A stretch of 64,000 nt of DNA from a virus. A program made the translations under genes and the position numbers. Shown here one piece after another: positions 58,043 to 64,000 of the stretch; the first letter of the stretch is position 1, and every line of letters starts with the position of its first letter. The DNA lies in the IMG/VR virus record IMGVR_UViG_3300042398_001385, positions 64,001 to 128,000 of that record; one strand, written 5' to 3'. Below the pieces are notes generated by a model. The model did not search any database. It was not told the DNA's origin and saw nothing but the letters and a program-made list of their open reading frames with translations.

Positions 58043-58878
58043 TTCGTAGTATTTATTCCTAAGGGCACAGTGTTAGCATTAGACTGCTTAGATTTTTCTG
58101 TGTTTGCTAAATCTTGTTGTTGTATTTCTTGATTGAGATACGGGTCTTCTATTGAATCTAATAATCCTCTATAATATTCCAAAGGTTTTTTTTCTCTATA
58201 AGATTCAGGATCTGCAAATGCTCCGGAGAAATTACCCAATATATAATTATTGTTATCGTCTTGCTCTATATCGCTATTAAATACCTGGTCTATGTATTCA
58301 TAGTAGTTTTTCTTTGATTTTCCCCCTGAAGGAAATTTCTTAAAAGTTTCCATGTTTTTGTCGACAACATATTCTGGAAATTCCCATTTCCAATCTTTTC
58401 TTATAGTCTCTGGATAAAAAGTTAATGAAGCAAAATCTCCAGGAGACATTTCACCTTTTAAATTCATTTCAGAAAGCCAGGATTTATAAAATGCTCTAAC
58501 TAGATCTAGCTGATCAACATTTGACATTTGTATAACATCGTTAGGTGTATAATACTTACCGCTATCTGGATTTATAAATGTTTTTAATAAAGAAGGCATA
58601 AAAGATAATAAACCAACTTGTCCAGATACAGGATCCTTATACTTAGGATCGAATCTACTCTCGTGAAATATAGTATGTAGTAACCATTGTGGTTTTATTC
58701 CAATTTCCTCTGATATTTTTATTAATTTCTTAAGGAATGAATTTCTGTTTTCTTCTATAAGATTAGTATAAGGTAATTCAGTAACGGTTTCCATCTTATA
58801 CGAAGATGGATCCATTTTTTCTATCTTATTGCTTTCTAATAAATAAAAACTTTTAAAATCTTTTAGATGTCTTAGCAT
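58039..58878 (-). CDS. Lytic transglycosylase/lysozyme-like protein
   Basis: IGIKPQWLL-TI-HESRFDP...GLLSFMP...MS-VDQLD-V pattern; N-terminal leader. Confidence 0.7.
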   Translation of the reverse strand: MLRHLKDFKSFYLLESNKIEKMDPSSYKMETVTELPYTNLIEENRNSFLKKLIKISEEIGIKPQWLLHTIFHESRFDPKYKDPVSGQVGLLSFMPSLLKTFINPDSGKYYTPNDVIQMSNVDQLDLVRAFYKSWLSEMNLKGEMSPGDFASLTFYPETIRKDWKWEFPEYVVDKNMETFKKFPSGGKSKKNYYEYIDQVFNSDIEQDDNNNYILGNFSGAFADPESYREKKPLEYYRGLLDSIEDPYLNQEIQQQDLANTEKSKQSNANTVPLGINTTK

Positions 58879-58891
58879 CTAATATATATCC

Positions 58892-59677
58892 TCAGATTAA
58901 ATTCTTTAGCATAGGTTTTTCAGAAGCCCATGCGTGTAGTGAAGTTATGTGCATTGTTAGCATTCCAGGCTTAACGTCTTTCCAATTTTCTGGGTCTATT
59001 TCTTTTAATCTTTCTATAAGCCAAAATACCTTTCTAGCACATAAATAGATATCATCCCTGAAGTGTCTAAAGAAGTCACATGATCTAATATAATAAACTA
59101 CATGAACCCATTCTGCTCTTCTTATGAAATGATATCCTATTGTACAAGGAACTCTTTCTCCGTGAGCAGATCCAGTATCCTCTGGAAACCAAATAGGTAA
59201 AAATGCCTGTCTAGTAAAAGGCTCTCTAGCCATTAAAGAAACAACGTCATTGAAATCTCCATAGTCATATCTTATACCGGACATCTTACTATTAGGTATT
59301 TCTGATGCAAATTTAGGCCAGATTCTTTCTGGATATGTATGAGAGAATTTTTCATTACCGCCAAACTCTTCATTATTCTTTTGAGCATAAGGCCAACGAA
59401 CATGGGAAGGAGGTGGATTTAGGGGTAAACCACTTACTCTTTCTTCAAAGTGTTCGTCAGCCCATGCAAAATTTGGTTTTATCTGATCCCCTATAACTTT
59501 TAAATCTGTATCCATCTGACAAGAGAAGGATAAATTTAGTGTCTCTATCATAGCATATCTAGGATCATGTTTAATCTCTTTTCCTTGCCACCTTTCTGTG
59601 TGGACAATATAAGAATAATCATACATTTGTTCAGCGGTCCATCTAATGACATCACTGAATCTCCCAAATTTTTTCAT
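58892..59677 (-). CDS. Thymidylate synthase homologue, probably dCMP (hydroxy)methylase
   Basis: TRQA, RVPCT (catalytic Cys), RSCDFFRHFRDD, HITSLH. Confidence 0.8.
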   Translation of the reverse strand: MKKFGRFSDVIRWTAEQMYDYSYIVHTERWQGKEIKHDPRYAMIETLNLSFSCQMDTDLKVIGDQIKPNFAWADEHFEERVSGLPLNPPPSHVRWPYAQKNNEEFGGNEKFSHTYPERIWPKFASEIPNSKMSGIRYDYGDFNDVVSLMAREPFTRQAFLPIWFPEDTGSAHGERVPCTIGYHFIRRAEWVHVVYYIRSCDFFRHFRDDIYLCARKVFWLIERLKEIDPENWKDVKPGMLTMHITSLHAWASEKPMLKNLI

Positions 59678-59721
59678 TTATGCTATTTTCTTTATTATAT
59701 GATAGTTTTTATAAAGGTTTC

Positions 59722-60789
59722 TTATTTATGAAATCTATCGAAAGAATTTTTAGATATTTTATTGAACCGTACTTTGCCAATAAATTCTCCTATTGTTAAA
59801 CAGTCGGTATAACTCATTGCAGACCTTAGATAATCATTAAAATTTTCACACCATCCAGATAGTGTATATTCAACCTGTTGCATTTTAGATATTCCCTCGG
59901 ATGTTTTAATCTCCCCCCTTCCTAAACTTTTTTGAGCCTCTTTAGTAGACATTCCTCTAAACTTTTTAAAGAATTTTCTTCCAGCTTCAAATTGTAAAAG
60001 TACATCTATTGAATATTGATCTACCTTATCTCCTGGCTCTGTCCAAGAATCGTATTTTTTATTTCCTTCGAATGTTTCACCGCAGCTTTCTAAAGCTTTA
60101 TTAAAGATACTTCCTAGCATCACATAATCAGCTCCTAAACCTAATGCTTTTATAACGTCAGCATATTTTTTAAATCCTCCATCAGCAACGATTTTAGTTG
60201 AAAGATTTCTTTCTTTTTGTATTTTAGCAGTATCATGTATTAGAGAAGCCATTGGATATCCAACACCTGTTTGCACAGTGGTTAAACATCCAGCACCGTT
60301 ACCTATACCCATTCTAACATAGTCTGCACCAGCATTTGATAAGGAAAGAAAGGTATGGGGGTTAGCACAATTACCAACCATGATAACAAGAGAAGGCCCG
60401 TATATTTTTTTTGACTCCTGTACTAGTTCCTTAACTATTTCCATGTGTCCATTGGCTATGTCTATTAAGGCGTACATTCTTTTTCCTAAAGGAATACTTA
60501 TATTATTTTCTATAAATACTCTCCTAAAGTCATCTAATCCGTATGAATACCATACTTTGTAATCAGTAGAAAAATAGTCTAATGGGTAATTTACAGGAAG
60601 TCTTGGTATTATTCCGTATATCTTATTATCATTGAATATTGTAAAATTGTTTTTGTCTATTACTGTATCCATAGGAGCAGTAAAAATCGGGAGCATTTGT
60701 TTTTCGTCGAAGGGATCTACTTTTTTTCTAGATCTAATACTAGTATGGATTTCCGGCTCTATAAGAATATCATCAAAATCGAATAACAT
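59722..60789 (-). CDS. guaC: GMP reductase / IMP dehydrogenase family protein
   Basis: APMDTV, DIANGH, GIGNGAGCLT, ADGG, KAL-LGADYVMLG, FRGMS, SEG, LRSAMSY; no CBS domain. Confidence 0.85.
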   Translation of the reverse strand: MLFDFDDILIEPEIHTSIRSRKKVDPFDEKQMLPIFTAPMDTVIDKNNFTIFNDNKIYGIIPRLPVNYPLDYFSTDYKVWYSYGLDDFRRVFIENNISIPLGKRMYALIDIANGHMEIVKELVQESKKIYGPSLVIMVGNCANPHTFLSLSNAGADYVRMGIGNGAGCLTTVQTGVGYPMASLIHDTAKIQKERNLSTKIVADGGFKKYADVIKALGLGADYVMLGSIFNKALESCGETFEGNKKYDSWTEPGDKVDQYSIDVLLQFEAGRKFFKKFRGMSTKEAQKSLGRGEIKTSEGISKMQQVEYTLSGWCENFNDYLRSAMSYTDCLTIGEFIGKVRFNKISKNSFDRFHK

Positions 60790-60842
60790 GTTTTTATTTT
60801 TTATAGAGTATAATACTATAAAAATTTCCTAATAAAACAAAA

Positions 60843-60864
60843 AAGTCCGGATTAAACCGGACTT
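60843..60864 (-). terminator. Intrinsic terminator
   Basis: AAGTCCGG-attaaa-CCGGACTT followed by a T-run on the minus strand. Confidence 0.75.
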
Positions 60865-60883
60865 CCTAAAAACATATTTTTTA

Positions 60884-62332
60884 TTAATTTAATCCGAATC
60901 CACTGAATCCACCGAATCCTGAAGGACCACCGAATCCTGAAGGACCATTTGATCCTCCTTGATCTGTATCAGAAGATCCCTCTTGTGAACCTCCGTACTT
61001 ATCCTTCCAGTCTTGGTATTCTCTCTCAGCATCCATATCGTCTAGACATTGGTTAATAATAACATCAACCTCTCTTCTATCCATATTTTTACCTATCTCA
61101 GAAATAGGCTTTAACCTGTTTCCTGTAGGATCAAAAGCTTGAGCAAGTATAGAATTTGTTATCTCTAAGCATTTTTTAGCTGGAGTAATTTTAGCTAACT
61201 TTCCGTAAAACAACCAATGTAGCTGTTCCATAAAAGCAGCAGCTCCTTCGTAATCCTCGTTATTATTAAGATCTTTTAATATAGCTTCTGCTCTAGAGTT
61301 ACTATTTATAACAAGTCCAAATACTCTTTGTAGAGTCTTTCCGATAGCTTGTTCTTCGATTTCGTCAAACATAGTTTCAGTGTTAGCTTTAACTATGTCT
61401 GCAGCCTCTAAACCTAATGTATCTCCTACCTGCATAAGAAGAGTTTGTGTTATTAACTTATAAACTCCCTTAACTGATTCGTGGATTAATAAACCAAAAT
61501 CCAATGCTCTAGCTATAACTGTTGACTGAGTTCCCTCTAAAGCTTGAGCCATATCAGGATTTATCTCGCCATCTTTCTGTATATCGTCTAATAGATCCTC
61601 AGGATTTATTTCTTCATCTTCCTCTTTTTTCTTAGGTTTTTCGATATCTATGTCACATGCTCCTGGAGGTGCATCTCTAAACATTGAAGATTTCTGAGCT
61701 GGTGTTAGAGTTAAGTCGTAATAGTGAGCTCCTGCTGCTATTTTATTTGCGAGTCTTCTGTATTCCTCACCCTCATTTTCCCCTAATATTTGTTTTAATC
61801 TTTTAGAAACCATTGGCAAGTTTATGATCTCCTTTACATTTAATCCCTTTCCTTGTTGTACGGTTCTTATTATTTTTCTTCTGTTTATTTCATCTATGAT
61901 TTCTTGATCCTCTAATTCTACAACGTTAGGAAGTCCACAATTTTTACATTCCTTCATTTTATCTTTTAGAGATTGATCCGGTCTAGTAACTATTTTAAGA
62001 TCCAATATTACATCATCTAGAAAAGTACCATATACTTGTCTTATAACTTCAACAGCCAAATCTGAAAGTTCTTGTTCGTGACCTCTCTGCATTCTTTGAG
62101 CCTGCATAGCATTACCCATTAGATTACTAATGTCCTGTGGAATTTCTGCTCTCATTCTTTGAGCTTCCTCTTGGTTAGCTGTAAGTATTGCGTCTATAAA
62201 GTTTCCTTCTCCTCCGAGAGTATTGTATATGTCCTGGTTTTTATTATTAGCAGGAGTTTCTCCAGGAAATCCTGTATTTCCTCTAAGAGTAGCCTCAGAT
62301 AGGAAATGGTCGAATTTAGATATATTTTTCAT
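60884..62332 (-). CDS. Hypothetical protein, putative head internal protein
   Basis: MKNISKFDHFLSE leader; LLIHESVKG motif; G/F/S-rich tail. Confidence 0.6.
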   Translation of the reverse strand: MKNISKFDHFLSEATLRGNTGFPGETPANNKNQDIYNTLGGEGNFIDAILTANQEEAQRMRAEIPQDISNLMGNAMQAQRMQRGHEQELSDLAVEVIRQVYGTFLDDVILDLKIVTRPDQSLKDKMKECKNCGLPNVVELEDQEIIDEINRRKIIRTVQQGKGLNVKEIINLPMVSKRLKQILGENEGEEYRRLANKIAAGAHYYDLTLTPAQKSSMFRDAPPGACDIDIEKPKKKEEDEEINPEDLLDDIQKDGEINPDMAQALEGTQSTVIARALDFGLLIHESVKGVYKLITQTLLMQVGDTLGLEAADIVKANTETMFDEIEEQAIGKTLQRVFGLVINSNSRAEAILKDLNNNEDYEGAAAFMEQLHWLFYGKLAKITPAKKCLEITNSILAQAFDPTGNRLKPISEIGKNMDRREVDVIINQCLDDMDAEREYQDWKDKYGGSQEGSSDTDQGGSNGPSGFGGPSGFGGFSGFGLN

Positions 62333-62631
62333 TATGCCATCGGTAAATTTTTAAGCTTTCTTAGCCTACTTATAATGCCCATTGCTAGTTTAGTACCTCT
62401 TTCTTGAGATAGGGAATTTTTTATATTTCCCATAGCATCACCAAAAGCTCTAGCTATCGGTCTTTCCGTTTCCTCTGGATTAGGCTCTCTGTCCGGAACA
62501 GGTCTACCTGGTCTTGCAGGAGCTGGCGGAGTTTCAGGCCTAGTAGGTGTAGGTACCGTAGTAGGTGCAGGCTTTGTTGAAGGCTGAGTCATAACGAACT
62601 CATATAACTTAGTTATTATCTTTCTACCCAT
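62332..62631 (-). CDS. Small proline-rich protein
   Basis: P/T-rich linker; late motif upstream. Confidence 0.6.
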   Translation of the reverse strand: MGRKIITKLYEFVMTQPSTKPAPTTVPTPTRPETPPAPARPGRPVPDREPNPEETERPIARAFGDAMGNIKNSLSQERGTKLAMGIISRLRKLKNLPMA

Positions 62632-62649
62632 TTTTTGTGTATTTATTTT

Positions 62650-62661
62650 AGATATATATCT
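62650..62661. promoter_or_regulatory. Palindromic bidirectional late promoter AGATATATATCT
   Basis: Reads GATATATA on both strands between divergent genes starting at 62631 (-) and 62677 (+). Confidence 0.65.
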
Positions 62662-62676
62662 TACTAAAAGAAAAAA

Positions 62677-64000
62677 ATGATAAAGACATTCGACGGGTAT
62701 TTTGATATCAATGAAGACGTTGCAACTGCTAAGGTGTGGTTATTAAAGAATGCAGCAAAAAATAGTAAAAGATCCCGATCTGGTGAAAAGGTAACATTTA
62801 CACCAGAAGAGGAAAAGAAAATATTAAACGATCCCAGATATACAGAAATTAGAGACTATCTAATAAAAATAAATAAGCCGGGATTGGTATATCCATTTAC
62901 TTATTTTATTATAGAAGAGAAACTACCCAGATTCAATCAGAAAGATTCGGAAGGAAATTATGATAAAAGAGCATTTACTGTAGAGAATCTATTGGATCTA
63001 TATTTACAAGCAGCATCAAATTTTTCTATATTTCCTTTACCTCTAGGAAGCATTAGTAATTATATAAAAGAGAAGGAACTAAAAAAATCTAATACCCCTG
63101 CTTACGAGGTTCTTTTTTCTGATCTGGAAAATATTCTTTCAATGAAAGGATTAAAAGGATTTGTAGATAAAATACAATCCAAAGACGTTAGAGATGAATT
63201 TAAAAGAGCTGTACAATTAGGTGATAAGGATCCGGAGATGAAAGCATTATTAGACACCTTATATGATTCTTACAAAGCTTTTAAAAACTTGGCACCTAAG
63301 GTAGATATGCTAGGGGTTTCTCACACTCCCGAATCTGGAATACTTAAAGGATCTAAAAAATATTTAGATGAATACAATCTTCACAAATTTCAAAACCCAC
63401 AAGAAAGATTTGCTATGTTTGTGGATGATTGTAGAAAAAAAGTCGAGGGATGGGATACAGGTATAGAGGATTTTCTTATAGAGATAGAAAATATATCTCC
63501 TTCAATAAAGCTATTATACAGTGATCCTTTTTCGAAAGTTGTTGTGACATCCTCAAGATCAGCAAAAGGAATGGAGGAAGTATGTAAGATCTCTAATGCA
63601 GATTTATGTATATTGAGCCCAGCAAACTTCTGGTCGATAACAGGGGGACATTTACAAATATCCATTAACATGATGGATCTTTCAAAAATGGATCTTAAAT
63701 ACCTAACTACATTTACAGTTGCTCCTAGTGGAAGGATAAAAGAAGCTAGAACAAGGGTTAATATGTCAGCGCCACAGCCTTGTAAGCCAGGAGAAGACTA
63801 TAGAGATTTTATACCTAGATATTTACCAGAAATAAATTACGAGGAAGTAGTAAAATCAATAGAAAGAAATTTCTCTACTGAGTTAACAATTAAAAAATTA
63901 GTACAAATACTAGAACAAAAATCTAATAATGAAAGAAGATCTTTTGTTTTATTATTAGGTAGTATGGAAGTACAAAGATCTATAGAAAATGGAGATTACA
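62677..64000 (+). CDS. Partial large hypothetical protein, putative head internal protein
   Basis: Not in the ORF track because it has no stop in the window; MIKTFDGYFDINEDVATAK... appears open to the window end. Confidence 0.7.
   Translation, partial: MIKTFDGYFDINEDVATAKVWLLKNAAKNSKRSRSGEKVTFTPEEEKKILNDPRYTEIRDYLIKINKPGLVYPFTYFIIEEKLPRFNQKDSEGNYDKRAFTVENLLDLYLQAASNFSIFPLPLGSISNYIKEKELKKSNTPAYEVLFSDLENILSMKGLKGFVDKIQSKDVRDEFKRAVQLGDKDPEMKALLDTLYDSYKAFKNLAPKVDMLGVSHTPESGILKGSKKYLDEYNLHKFQNPQERFAMFVDDCRKKVEGWDTGIEDFLIEIENISPSIKLLYSDPFSKVVVTSSRSAKGMEEVCKISNADLCILSPANFWSITGGHLQISINMMDLSKMDLKYLTTFTVAPSGRIKEARTRVNMSAPQPCKPGEDYRDFIPRYLPEINYEEVVKSIERNFSTELTIKKLVQILEQKSNNERRSFVLLLGSMEVQRSIENGDY

Noticed and set aside
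63390-63671. Minus-strand 93-aa ORF
   Set aside because: Antisense to the long plus-strand ORF starting at 62677.

Overview
A 64-kb segment of a large, AT-rich T4-like (jumbo) myophage, read with the standard genetic code and almost entirely on the minus strand. The host is probably a Bacteroidota; this is inferred from the Bacteroidota-type dCMP deaminase, A-rich leaders without Shine-Dalgarno sites and a TAnnTTTG element. Virion genes: collagen-like and beta-helix fibres, two tandem portal genes, gp2, gp4, gp14, gp15, terminase subunits, tail sheath, two tandem tail tubes, gp26/gp51-like proteins and a tape-measure-like protein. Replication/recombination genes: RNase H, clamp loader, ligase, gp46/47, gp41 and UvsX. 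Nucleotide enzymes: guanylate kinase, dCMP deaminase, GMP reductase/IMPDH and a dCMP-type thymidylate synthase homologue. Transcription factors: an ECF sigma, the gp55 late sigma and a probable gp33. The most notable observations: (1) an unannotated -1 frameshift (A_AAA_AAG plus a long 3' stem-loop) extends a 778-aa repeat protein, and the extension's stop overlaps the gp55 start codon; (2) intact duplicated portal genes; (3) a three-tier promoter cascade with two phage motifs, GAAAC-N17/18-TATAA and GATATATA; (4) a probable +1 frameshift between the gp26-like and gp51-like frames; (5) a structured 5'-UTR RNA with a c-di-GMP-I-like core; (6) a set of proteins with capsid-targeting-like leaders; (7) GATG and SP tags on virion proteins that may be glycosylation sites. 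All family assignments are from motif recognition by eye; no database searches were run.
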